Shown piece after piece: positions 1-9,085 of a DNA stretch of 64,000 bases; position 1 is the first letter of the stretch, and each line of letters opens with the position of its first letter. The position numbers and the translations under genes are program-made. Source of the DNA: Promethearchaeota archaeon (lineage in GTDB: Archaea; Asgardarchaeota; Hermodarchaeia; Hermodarchaeales; Hermodarchaeaceae). A model generated the notes under the pieces. That model saw only the letters and a list, made by a program, of their open reading frames with translations. It was not told the DNA's origin and made no database searches. The DNA is taken from assembly GCA_048938385.1 (NCBI GenBank), contig JBHLMG010000010.1:1-64000 (forward strand), given 5' to 3'.

Positions 1-31
1 CTGGAGAGAAGCTTTTAAGGATGAGCATCGT

Positions 32-793
32 TTGGCTCACTGTATGCCTCCGAACTACGCGGTGATTCCTGCAGCTGGTAAAGGGAAACGCATCCGCCCT
101 TATTCGGAAAAAGTTCCAAAGCCAATGATTCAGGTCCTTGGTCGACCTATCCTGGCTCATGTCATTGATCGGTGTAAGGCGGCGGGAATTAGGAATATCA
201 TCATCGTAGTGAATCCCGACTCGCAAGTAGTTGAGGACTTCTTTGGCGATGGCAATAACTTCGATGTCTCCATCGAATACATCAAGCAACCAAAACCAGA
301 AGGGATTGGTCAGGCTGTTGGACTCACAGAAGGTGTTGTTGATACGCCCTTCGTAGTTTATTTAGGGGATGAACTCTATCTTGATTCCGATCATACCGGA
401 TTCATTCAATCCTTCGACGATACCAGTTGCGCCGCAGCTATCGGACTTCTTCGCGTTGATGATGAGGAACTCATTCGAAAGAATTATTCTGTTGAACTTG
501 ACCCCGACTCACATATCATCAAGCATTTAGTAGAAAAACCTTCAATCATCACTAATAACATTCTAGGATGTGGATCCTACATCTTCGACGACACCGTATT
601 TGAAGCAATTCGAAAAACTCCAAGATCCAAGAAAAACGAAATAGAAATCACCGATACTCTAAACACCATTCGTGAACTAGGCTACGATGTGTATGGGTAT
701 TTTCTTGGTGGCACTTACCTTAACATAACCTATCCCGAAGATATTCATGAAGCTGAAAAGTTGCTTCAAATGGACAAAGATTCAATTCTATAG
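32..793 (+). CDS. Sugar-phosphate nucleotidyltransferase (glucose-1-phosphate thymidylyltransferase-like)
   Basis: N-terminal VIPAAGKGKRIRP..KVPKPM motif, plus YLGD and LVEKP. TTG start; ATG at 44 is an alternative. Confidence 0.88.
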   Translation: MAHCMPPNYAVIPAAGKGKRIRPYSEKVPKPMIQVLGRPILAHVIDRCKAAGIRNIIIVVNPDSQVVEDFFGDGNNFDVSIEYIKQPKPEGIGQAVGLTEGVVDTPFVVYLGDELYLDSDHTGFIQSFDDTSCAAAIGLLRVDDEELIRKNYSVELDPDSHIIKHLVEKPSIITNNILGCGSYIFDDTVFEAIRKTPRSKKNEIEITDTLNTIRELGYDVYGYFLGGTYLNITYPEDIHEAEKLLQMDKDSIL

Positions 794-1498
794 TCCAAGA
801 ATAACTTTAATCATTTTCAATCCTGTTCGAAACGCCTTGCCCTTTGAAGTAGTTATTTTTGCTTTACCCACTCGCGTTAAATAGTGGACAGGAATCTCTT
901 TCATTTTACCACCATACCGAAGCACTTTGACAATCATCTGAGGAGAGAACGCGGCACCTTCAGCATCTAATTCTGGTAAAATTGCTTCAAGCATTTGATG
1001 ACGAATCGCCCGAAGCGTACAACCCACATCAGTGAGAGGGAGGTATCCATGGAGCAATCCTAAGAGCTTTGCTACTGCCATATTACCGACGACGAGAAAA
1101 AGGCCCATGTTTGCACCCTCTTCGAGATAGGGCGTTGCTGTGCGAGTACCAATCACGAAGTGCCTGTGCTGAAGATGATGTAACAACAGCTTCACATCTC
1201 GACCTAAAAAAGTCTGATCGGCTTCCGTGATCACAATGATATCAAAACCTCGTTCTAAGGCCTCTCGAAGACCTCGTCGAATCGCCGCTCCGTATCCTTG
1301 AATGGGTTCAGGAATAACCGTTGCTCCCGCGGCTTTAGCTACTTTCGCTGTGTTATCGATGGAGTTGTTATCTATGACGATAACTTCATCAACTTCAGGA
1401 GTTAGAAAATCCTTCACCGTGTGACCAATCGCTTCTTCTTCATTCCAAGCAGGAATCACCACGCAAACACGCTGGCCCTTGTACATCGTGGTACACAC
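788..1498 (-). CDS. GT2 glycosyltransferase (polyprenol-phosphate mannosyltransferase-like)
   Basis: VVIPAWNEEEAI, VIDNNSIDNT, QGYGAAI, EAD and LTDVGC motifs. Confidence 0.88.
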   Translation of the reverse strand: MCTTMYKGQRVCVVIPAWNEEEAIGHTVKDFLTPEVDEVIVIDNNSIDNTAKVAKAAGATVIPEPIQGYGAAIRRGLREALERGFDIIVITEADQTFLGRDVKLLLHHLQHRHFVIGTRTATPYLEEGANMGLFLVVGNMAVAKLLGLLHGYLPLTDVGCTLRAIRHQMLEAILPELDAEGAAFSPQMIVKVLRYGGKMKEIPVHYLTRVGKAKITTSKGKAFRTGLKMIKVILGL

Positions 1499-1629
1499 TC
1501 AAAAGGACACTAGTGAGGTTCCTTGCCGCATTTACCCTATAAAAGTACAGGAGCTGGACACTGGTTGTGAGAAAAGCATTTACCTGCTAACAACGCTGAA
1601 AACATTGTTCCCAATTAAAAAAATCACTT

Positions 1630-2259
1630 GTGGATGAGATTAGAATGGACGCAGCTCAGTGGATGGAAAAAGGGCTCAAACTTGCAGAAAAAGGAAATTG
1701 GGATCAAGCCCTCAGCGCTTTGGATAAAGCACTTTCTCTAGATGCTAACCTCCTTGCGGCCTGGTTCAACAAAGGCACTATCCTCGCTTTGCAAGGCCGA
1801 TTACAAGAAGCACTCACTTCCTTTGATGAAGCTTTGCTACGAAACCCCAATGACGCTGTTGTCTGGTATAACAAGGCTATAACCTTACAACGACTTGAGC
1901 GTTACGACGAAGCCATCACAGCTTATGAACGCGCTCTCGAACAAGATCCCACCGATGTCGAAGTTTGGAATAACCTAGGTGCGATCCTCACTCAACTTGA
2001 ACGCTTTGAAGAGGCCATCACCGCCTATGATGGAGCCCTCCAACAAGATGCCAACCACGCTGGAGCCTTGAATAACAAAGGCGATGCCCTCGCTAAGTTA
2101 AACCGCCACGAAGAAGCCATCATCTGCTTTGATCAAGCCCTCCAATACACACCAGATAACTCACGCATTTGGGAAAACAAGTTAATTGCTTTAGAAAAAC
2201 TTGGCCGAACTGATGAAGTCGCACACTGCCAAAACAAACTCAAAGAATTGAAAAAATAG
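1630..2259 (+). CDS. Tetratricopeptide repeat protein
   Basis: Five to six tandem 34-aa units, W.NKG..L..L.R..EA...(Y/F)D.AL...P. Confidence 0.93.
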   Translation: MDEIRMDAAQWMEKGLKLAEKGNWDQALSALDKALSLDANLLAAWFNKGTILALQGRLQEALTSFDEALLRNPNDAVVWYNKAITLQRLERYDEAITAYERALEQDPTDVEVWNNLGAILTQLERFEEAITAYDGALQQDANHAGALNNKGDALAKLNRHEEAIICFDQALQYTPDNSRIWENKLIALEKLGRTDEVAHCQNKLKELKK

Positions 2260-2284
2260 GAATGAGGTAGTCTAACCCACCCAG

Positions 2285-2935
2285 CTAGCTTTTATCTTCA
2301 CGAATGGAATACGCAGGAGTCAAGCGACCTTCTTCGGTAGATTTCAACATTTTCTCTGCAAGGTATGCAAAGAGGCCATGGACATTCTCACCAGTACGGG
2401 CGCTTACAGGAAAATAAGCTACAATTTCATGGCGTTGACAAAAATCATGAATATCCATTTCAGTGGGACCGACATTTAAATCACATTTTGACCCCACTAA
2501 AACAATAGGTACATTACCAGCGCTATCTCGAATCACTTCAACCCAGAAGGCTAATTGTAGAAAGGTGGAAAACCTGTACAAGTCAAAAACCAGAAAAGCA
2601 CCATGAGCACCCAGACAAAAGATAGGCATAAGTTCACGGAACCGGTCTTCACCACCAAAATCCCAAATCGATAAACCTACTTTTTGAGAGTTGATTTCAA
2701 GCTCTTGGTAGGAGAATTCAGATCCCACGGTCATGATTGGTGTAGTGCTGAATCCATGGATGTAGCGTTCGATTATGCTGGTCTTCCCCACTCCTCCTTC
2801 GCCAGCAATGATGACTTTGTAGATGGGTGTTTGCGGAGTCACGGCTGGTGTTGCAATACTAGCTGCTGCTTTACCATTAGCTTCTTGGTTAGTTGCCAGG
2901 ATATACACCACACCGGAAATCCTAGGCGCACTCAC
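2285..2935 (-). CDS. Small Ras-superfamily GTPase (Rab-like)
   Basis: G1 GEGGVGKT, G3 WDFGGE, G4 SKCD, G5 SAR. No C-terminal prenylation motif. Start uncertain, possibly CTG at 2899. Confidence 0.9.
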   Translation of the reverse strand: MSAPRISGVVYILATNQEANGKAAASIATPAVTPQTPIYKVIIAGEGGVGKTSIIERYIHGFSTTPIMTVGSEFSYQELEINSQKVGLSIWDFGGEDRFRELMPIFCLGAHGAFLVFDLYRFSTFLQLAFWVEVIRDSAGNVPIVLVGSKCDLNVGPTEMDIHDFCQRHEIVAYFPVSARTGENVHGLFAYLAEKMLKSTEEGRLTPAYSIREDKS

Positions 2936-3202
2936 TAGTGAGTTAGCGCCACACCTTCAAGCATTCTTCACCCTCTTCGGATTTTTATAGTATTCGAGTT
3001 TTTCGAAGCAGCGATGTAGTTTCTTGTTGTTTCCGCAATTAGGATTGTATTATTTTAAGCAAAACTCAAGATAAAATCAGTTAATCAATAATATGCGACC
3101 ACATGCCATTACAGAAGGATGTTCCACAAGAAGGATAGACTTTTCCCTGAGAATCCGACCAATAGCACAACATATTGGAATTTTGTCATTGAGTGAAGAA
3201 CC

Positions 3203-4357
3203 GTGACCGACACCGTAGCCATCTTTTATGACAAAGGGTTCATGAAATACGATTTGGGACCAGGGCATCCGCTTCACCAAGACCGGATTCTGTTACACCA
3301 CGAACTGAGCAAAACCATTGGATTGCTTGATACACACGGTGTGAGTATGCCAGAGTTCTCTTCAGCCACTGAGGAATATTTGCGGTTAGTTCATAGCACC
3401 GCGTACATTGACCAAGTCCGAATCCTCAGTACGCAAGAAGGATACACCCCATTGGACCGGGAAGACACACCAGCCTTCCCTGGAGCCTTTGATGCCGCAC
3501 GACTATTAGTGGGAGCATCCCTTGCAGCCGCGGACACTGTAATGCAAGGGAAGGCAGATCATTCTTGGAATCCGGGTGGTGGCCTGCATCATGCGCATGC
3601 AGATCGGGCAGCGGGCTTTTGTATCTTCAATGATGTGGCTATCACCTGTCACCATTTAAAGCGAGCCTATAAAACAAAACGAATTTTATACCTAGATATT
3701 GATGTCCATCATGGAGATGGGGTACAAGAGCAGTTTTACTCAGACCCTAGTGTCCTCACCCTGTCTATTCACCAAACAGGTCGGACAATATTTCCGGAAT
3801 CAGGATTCTCCAATGAAATTGGCGAAGGAGAAGGTCTAGGGTATTCGGTAAATGTTCCCTTACCCCCCTACACCAATGACCAACAATACCTAGAAGCCTT
3901 TGAAGCCATTGTACCCCCCATCATTGAAGCGTTTAAACCAGAAGTCATTGTGATGCAAAACGGTGTTGATACACACTATCAAGATCAGCTAGGCAACCTC
4001 ATTCTCACCACCCATGCCTTTGAAGCCATCAGCTCCCGCATCCATGACCTCGTTCATCGTCATTCTCATGGGCGATTGATTGCAGTAGGTGGTGGAGGGT
4101 ATTCCTACTACTCAGTACCCCGATGTTGGACCCTGATTCTCGCGAACCTAATTGGTGTGGATGTAAGCGATACTATTCCACTAGAATGGCAGAACTTGTT
4201 TGGGCAGGTAACTGGGTTGAAACCACCCATTCATCTGCGCGATCACGAAGGGCCCAGTTTATCTCAGATTTATCAAGATCGGATTGGTCGCCTAGTCCGT
4301 GAAAGTGTGAACCGAACCAAGGATATGGTCTTTCCACTCTTAGGTATTGAAAAATAA
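3203..4357 (+). CDS. Histone deacetylase-family Zn-dependent deacetylase (AcuC-like)
   Basis: GGGLHHA, GFCIFND, DIDVHHGDG, GVDTH.QDQLG and GGGGY motifs. Confidence 0.92.
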   Translation: MTDTVAIFYDKGFMKYDLGPGHPLHQDRILLHHELSKTIGLLDTHGVSMPEFSSATEEYLRLVHSTAYIDQVRILSTQEGYTPLDREDTPAFPGAFDAARLLVGASLAAADTVMQGKADHSWNPGGGLHHAHADRAAGFCIFNDVAITCHHLKRAYKTKRILYLDIDVHHGDGVQEQFYSDPSVLTLSIHQTGRTIFPESGFSNEIGEGEGLGYSVNVPLPPYTNDQQYLEAFEAIVPPIIEAFKPEVIVMQNGVDTHYQDQLGNLILTTHAFEAISSRIHDLVHRHSHGRLIAVGGGGYSYYSVPRCWTLILANLIGVDVSDTIPLEWQNLFGQVTGLKPPIHLRDHEGPSLSQIYQDRIGRLVRESVNRTKDMVFPLLGIEK

Positions 4358-4409
4358 GAGGCCTCTGTAGAGCATCGCTTCAAAATCACGCCAAAAGGGT
4401 TTTGCGATT

Positions 4410-4946
4410 CTATAAGTAGTCCTTTTGTAGGGCGGAAAGCAAAGAGGATAGAAAAGAACTGACCTCTCGCGTCTCTTTAGCCTTCGCTTCAAGTTGTTGC
4501 ATTACTTCAATTGCTGCGCGTTTTCTGCTCAGCAGCCCTGGGATGCGTGCTAGTTGGTCAGTCTGGGTGAGGAGGTGATAAATCTCCGGGTAGTTGCGTT
4601 GTATGGTTTCTTGAATAGTCCTTGGTGAACGGCGACCTGGTACAACCCGAACCACACGGACTCCATCAGGCGTGATGTGGACAGATACACGAACGGATTT
4701 GGTTAAGCGGTAGTATTTACGCGGAGGACCCCTAATGCTTTCATCTTCGTATGTTTCGAGAAAACCCCGATCGACAAGTTCATCGAGGTGGCGAAGCAGC
4801 GCTTGTTGGTGAGCATGTAATTCTCGACTGAGCTGGCCAAGAAACATCGGTTCCTGGGCTAGGTGACGTAGAATAGCAAACCGCGTTGGGTTACCTAAGA
4901 GCCAGAAAAGGCGAATAGACTCATCATGAGAGTTGGGGTTCGACAT
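4410..4946 (-). CDS. ArsR-type wHTH heat-shock regulator (HSR1/Phr-like)
   Basis: LGNPTRFAILRHL..EP..LSREL..QQALLRHL..L..G..RGPPRKYY. Divergent from hsp20. Start placed at ATG 4946. Confidence 0.82.
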   Translation of the reverse strand: MSNPNSHDESIRLFWLLGNPTRFAILRHLAQEPMFLGQLSRELHAHQQALLRHLDELVDRGFLETYEDESIRGPPRKYYRLTKSVRVSVHITPDGVRVVRVVPGRRSPRTIQETIQRNYPEIYHLLTQTDQLARIPGLLSRKRAAIEVMQQLEAKAKETREVSSFLSSLLSALQKDYL

Positions 4947-4968
4947 GGCAGCTTCCTCTGTAAGTCTC

Positions 4969-4985
4969 ACTCACTTGTTGTTAGT
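4969..4985. promoter_or_regulatory. HSR1-like operator 1 (ACTCAC-N5-GTTAGT)
   Basis: actcacttgttgttagt. One mismatch to the Archaeoglobus HSR1 box CTAAC-N5-GTTAG. Repeated at 5041. Confidence 0.68.
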
Positions 4986-5040
4986 GATTTGCTGCATCTT
5001 TAGCTTTGTGGTATTTAAGAAATGTTTAAAAGGATGTTTC

Positions 5041-5057
5041 ACTCACAATGTGTTAGT
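5041..5057. promoter_or_regulatory. HSR1-like operator 2 (ACTCAC-N5-GTTAGT)
   Basis: actcacaatgtgttagt, just downstream of a TTTAAA box and upstream of hsp20. Confidence 0.7.
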
Positions 5058-5109
5058 ATATAGTCACACTTAGTAAACCAATGTGAGTAATAACCGGAGG
5101 TAATAACTA

Positions 5110-5754
5110 ATGAACTTCTTTGATGAAATTGACGAACTCTTCAAACGCGAAATGAAAAATTTCCATCGCTTCTTCGAACACCTACCAACCCCTGAGACCG
5201 AAGGTGACACTCCTGTAGAAGACCGTGACGGTGTTCGGGTGCAACGCTTTGGTCCTTTTGTGTACGGTCGCATTACCACGATGGGCCCTGACGGACGAGT
5301 ACAAACCCAAGAATGGGGTAACATGCCCCCTGAAGCCCGACAGGGAATTACTGACCAATTGGAGCGTACACCCTTCACATTTACTTTTCCCCCACGCCCA
5401 CAAGAACGACGCCCCTCACCCATTCCTGACCCACTTACCCCTGATCGCCCCTTCCCCATTCCAGACCGGGACCTTCAACCTCAGGATGGAGACTACTTGA
5501 TTGACATTATGGAAAGCCCTGAGGGGTTTACAGTTCTTTTTGACACTCCAGCCACTCAGGCTGATGATGTGCGAGCCCATGTAGAAGGACGACAACTCCA
5601 ACTATGGATTCAGGAGCGACTCTTTCGTAAGCTCGAACTGCCCAACCCAATCGAACTAACTTCGCTCCATGTCAAGAATGGAACAGTAGAAATCCAACTG
5701 CGATCCAAGAAGCCAAAGGAAAACCTCAAAGCCACCGGGGAAGCGACCGATTAG
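5110..5754 (+). CDS. hsp20: Archaeal small heat shock protein (Hsp20 family, divergent)
   Basis: FFDEIDELF start, GPFVYG..TMGPDG..QEWGN motif, C-terminal KNGTVEIQL. GGAGG RBS. Confidence 0.85.
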   Translation: MNFFDEIDELFKREMKNFHRFFEHLPTPETEGDTPVEDRDGVRVQRFGPFVYGRITTMGPDGRVQTQEWGNMPPEARQGITDQLERTPFTFTFPPRPQERRPSPIPDPLTPDRPFPIPDRDLQPQDGDYLIDIMESPEGFTVLFDTPATQADDVRAHVEGRQLQLWIQERLFRKLELPNPIELTSLHVKNGTVEIQLRSKKPKENLKATGEATD

Positions 5755-5768
5755 ACGGCGTAGGTCGA

Positions 5769-5813
5769 TGGACGGGTTAAGCCAGGCCCGTCCACTTCCC
5801 CACAATTTTTTTT
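5769..5813 (+). terminator. Hairpin plus U-tract terminator after hsp20
   Basis: Stem tggacggg/cccgtcca followed by a T8 run. Confidence 0.6.
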
Positions 5814-5899
5814 CTAAGCTTTTTGAGATATAGCCTAGCGATAGCTGTTCCACTAGGCTTTTAGGGTCATTACTCAATTGCCAGTTGAGGTTCATCTGA

Positions 5900-6484
5900 G
5901 TGGCCCACGAAGACTTCACACTCGAACTCGTTAGTTTACACAAAAAGTTTGGAGTGCCACATCATGTAGATTTTTCTGTCGAATTACTCCCCGACGAGTT
6001 CGCTTTAGTTCAACGATCAGTAAGTCAAGGGCGCCATCACGATGTCACTGTCTTTATTCGACACCAAGGGAAATTTGTAGTCATTGAAAAGCATGCATAC
6101 GCACGCACTGGAATCGTTCGAGCCCCATCAGGCGGTGCTATGCACAATGAAAGTCTAATAGCCGCAGCAAAACGAGAAGCTCGTGAGGAAACTGGATTCG
6201 ATATTGAAGTAGAACGCTTCGTCTTAGAATCCCATGTCCGATTGCATCACGATAAAGATTCAGTGGATTGGGTCTCCTATGTGTTTCTGGCTCGTGTTAC
6301 AGGTGGTAAAATGGTACCTGAAGATATCAAGGAAATAGCTGGTGTTCATCTCCGGTCCCGGGAGGAACTCCTCGATGAAGTTGGACCTTTAATGAAAGCC
6401 TCAGGGCTTGGAGGATTTAGATACCGAGCTAAAATGACTGAAGCCTTCTTTGCGGAACTTGATACCCAAGGGATTTCAATCTAG
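5900..6484 (+). CDS. NUDIX hydrolase
   Basis: Nudix box GGAMHNESLIAAAKREAREETG. Confidence 0.9.
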   Translation: MAHEDFTLELVSLHKKFGVPHHVDFSVELLPDEFALVQRSVSQGRHHDVTVFIRHQGKFVVIEKHAYARTGIVRAPSGGAMHNESLIAAAKREAREETGFDIEVERFVLESHVRLHHDKDSVDWVSYVFLARVTGGKMVPEDIKEIAGVHLRSREELLDEVGPLMKASGLGGFRYRAKMTEAFFAELDTQGISI

Positions 6485-6497
6485 CCAAGTACAGATC

Positions 6498-7805
6498 TTA
6501 GAGAGGAGATCCACAATGGACGCAAAATTTCGCATCTGACGCTGTAATTCGTCCACAGATGTTGCAGATTTTCCCAGCTTCAGCATCTGGTTGTGGAGAA
6601 GACGCTGTGTCAGTTTCTTCAGGCTTGGAGGTTTCCTTGCCTTTAGGTTCGGATGGCTTCTCTAATTTAGATGGTGTGGTTTTGATTTTAGCATCGGAAA
6701 GCGTTGTTTCGGTAACTTCGAATCGGCTGATTGGGCCATTCCGCATGGTGGATTCTTTTTTGAGAATGTGCCGAGCGGCAGTGATTGCATAATTGTACCG
6801 ATTCGCCTTGTCCTCCATCTTAGATTTCTGGTTTTCCAAAGGTGACTCATCGTCACCAATGAGTTCTCGAGCCTTGGTAGTTTCGAGTTCGTCTTGGATT
6901 TGTGCGTAATCCTGAAGGATTTGGGCTAGGTATCCTTGGAGCTGCTGAACCCCGGTTTGAATCTTCTCATCGAAGCCGTTGAGTTTTTCGTTGTACTCTT
7001 CGCGGAGACGATCGTAGACGCGTTCGGTGACTTCACCTTTCTCATGCAGAGATTCAAGACGCTCGAGTTCTGCGCGTTCGTTAATGTAGGTATCAATGAG
7101 CTCTTCTAGTTCAAACTCGCTATCCGCTGCAGCTTGGCTTAGCTCATCTAATAGCGCATCAGATTCAGCACCATTTGCAGCGTATTCCTCTTCGATTGCA
7201 AGTTGTCGTCCACGAGCCATGAGGCTTGCTAGCACATCAGAAGGCACAGGAATTGGTTCTACAACGTCCACCGGCGTTGGCTTCGGCTCAGGAGTTGATA
7301 TCGATGCCTTTTCAGTGGATATTGATGGTGCTACTAACGACCCACCACAGAAGATACAAAACTTTGAATTAGCTTTTGCTTCACGTCCACACGCGCTACA
7401 GGAAAGGGTTGTTACAGTGTCGGGAAGAGGAGTTTCATCGATAGAAACTTCATCAGGGGGTGCACTAGTCGTCGAACTCACCATTGATTGTCCACAGTTA
7501 ATACAGTAACGAGAATCAGGTGGATTGCGAGAAAATCCACAATGCGGACAAGCATCCATTGGACTAGGTGCCACAGTAACAGGGGCAGGAGTCGCTTGTG
7601 TCACTGGAGCTCCGCAACTAGTACAAAATTGCTGTCCAGGTTTGAGGATTTTATTACAGTTGCTACATTTGATTGAACTTGGGGTGGCGGGAAGCCTCGA
7701 TTGGGTTACGGGTCGAGCTCCTGAGACAGGGGTTCCACAAACTGTGCAGAAGGTAGCTTTATTGGAGAGGGTTGCACCACAACGTTTACACTTGACCATA
7801 AGCAA
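6498..7805 (-). CDS. Multi-zinc-ribbon protein with CdvA-like coiled coil
   Basis: Five CxxC..CxxC ribbons (four N-terminal, one C-terminal) and a central coiled coil with LHEKGEVTERVYDRL. Likely start ATG 7799. Confidence 0.8.
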   Translation of the reverse strand: MLMVKCKRCGATLSNKATFCTVCGTPVSGARPVTQSRLPATPSSIKCSNCNKILKPGQQFCTSCGAPVTQATPAPVTVAPSPMDACPHCGFSRNPPDSRYCINCGQSMVSSTTSAPPDEVSIDETPLPDTVTTLSCSACGREAKANSKFCIFCGGSLVAPSISTEKASISTPEPKPTPVDVVEPIPVPSDVLASLMARGRQLAIEEEYAANGAESDALLDELSQAAADSEFELEELIDTYINERAELERLESLHEKGEVTERVYDRLREEYNEKLNGFDEKIQTGVQQLQGYLAQILQDYAQIQDELETTKARELIGDDESPLENQKSKMEDKANRYNYAITAARHILKKESTMRNGPISRFEVTETTLSDAKIKTTPSKLEKPSEPKGKETSKPEETDTASSPQPDAEAGKICNICGRITASDAKFCVHCGSPL

Positions 7806-7927
7806 TCACTACATATTGTTTGTTGGTGAGTGATTCTAAACGCAGCCTTTATAACTTTTACAAAAGGCAAACACACAATAGGGGAGGCTAGAAATTCAAG
7901 AATGCAAAAAGAAGAGGTCATCGGTGA

Positions 7928-8860
7928 TTATTTCTTCGATTTACGACTCTTTTTTTTCGATTCCGTAACTTCATTGGCATCCGTAGTGATTCTGAAGATA
8001 TCGATCAGTTCACTCACATCAGCATCGGCGGTTGAATCTCGTAAACCATGTGAGGCATCTTCAATTTTTTTGAGGAATTCGGTAGCAAGCACACGACCAT
8101 CCTCAACGAGAATGCGAGGTGTGTAATCACCACCAAAGAAAGGACCGTCAGGAAGGGTTCGCGTCCGTTCCAAGAAGGTATTGGTTCGAGTTTCCCCCAA
8201 AATGGAAACGGTTCGATCTACGCTGGTGAAAACTTCCTGCCCAATGACAACGAGCTCTCGGCTATAACCTGGTGGAGGTGTTGAATTCTGAACTCGCCCA
8301 ACAATTTCATCATGTGCAGGACTAGGTGTCATGGTTGTGGCGACCGCGCGTTTGGGCCATTGTTGCTCTGCACCATCATATTCGGTACCAAGATTATTCG
8401 TAGCCACAGGCATCGACTTTGGTATCGGTTTAGGGGCAGGAGCTTCGACCTTCGGAACAGGTTTGGGATGAGGGAGAGGTTCATCTGCAGAGATTTCAAT
8501 TGTCTTATCAGGAAGATCAACTTGAACAGCAACTTCAGGCTTGGGAGCTGGAGGTTTTGGTTTCTGACCCAGAAGGACGAGAAAATCGTCAGGTTCATCA
8601 CCGCCATCAATTGACATGACTTTGTAAACGAGACCGCGTTGACTACGTACAGCTTGACCTTGTCTTGCTGCGATGAATTTTTTGCGAACACCAGCTTCGG
8701 CGCCCTTCCATAACCAGATTTTACGGTCGTCGTCATCCACGATGATGAGCACTCGTTCGGAATCAAGTTCGCTTTGCAATTTGTCAGCTACTGTGAGCTC
8801 CATGAGTTCCCCGGTTTCAACGACATCAAAGACTTGGAGGTGACTAGACAGCACCCTCAC
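7928..8860 (-). CDS. Gelsolin/villin-like domain protein with Pro-rich linker and unknown C-terminal domain
   Basis: IIVDD..KIWLWKG.EA..RKKFIAA..IDGGDEPDDFLVLLG fits a gelsolin core. Start possibly 8854 or 8851. Confidence 0.75.
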   Translation of the reverse strand: MRVLSSHLQVFDVVETGELMELTVADKLQSELDSERVLIIVDDDDRKIWLWKGAEAGVRKKFIAARQGQAVRSQRGLVYKVMSIDGGDEPDDFLVLLGQKPKPPAPKPEVAVQVDLPDKTIEISADEPLPHPKPVPKVEAPAPKPIPKSMPVATNNLGTEYDGAEQQWPKRAVATTMTPSPAHDEIVGRVQNSTPPPGYSRELVVIGQEVFTSVDRTVSILGETRTNTFLERTRTLPDGPFFGGDYTPRILVEDGRVLATEFLKKIEDASHGLRDSTADADVSELIDIFRITTDANEVTESKKKSRKSKK

Positions 8861-9085
8861 CTTCTTAACTGTCGTATTACCGATAATATCTTTTAAAGAT
8901 GGCGTCAGTTCAACGCCTAATTTTAGTGCAATTGCGGATTATTAATTCCTTTTTTTGATTTTCGAAACACTTGTTCTCGACTGTCTGACCATCTTAGAAG
9001 CCTTCGAGAAGTATTGGTGGGAAAAAAGGCTAGGTTTTTGTAGTTACAGCGAACAGAGCGTCAGCAAGAGGATGGTGAATCATTC

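Noticed and set aside
788-793. Genome-wide TAG recoding
   Set aside because: Several complete genes end in TAG at their natural C-termini, including this convergent overlapping pair.
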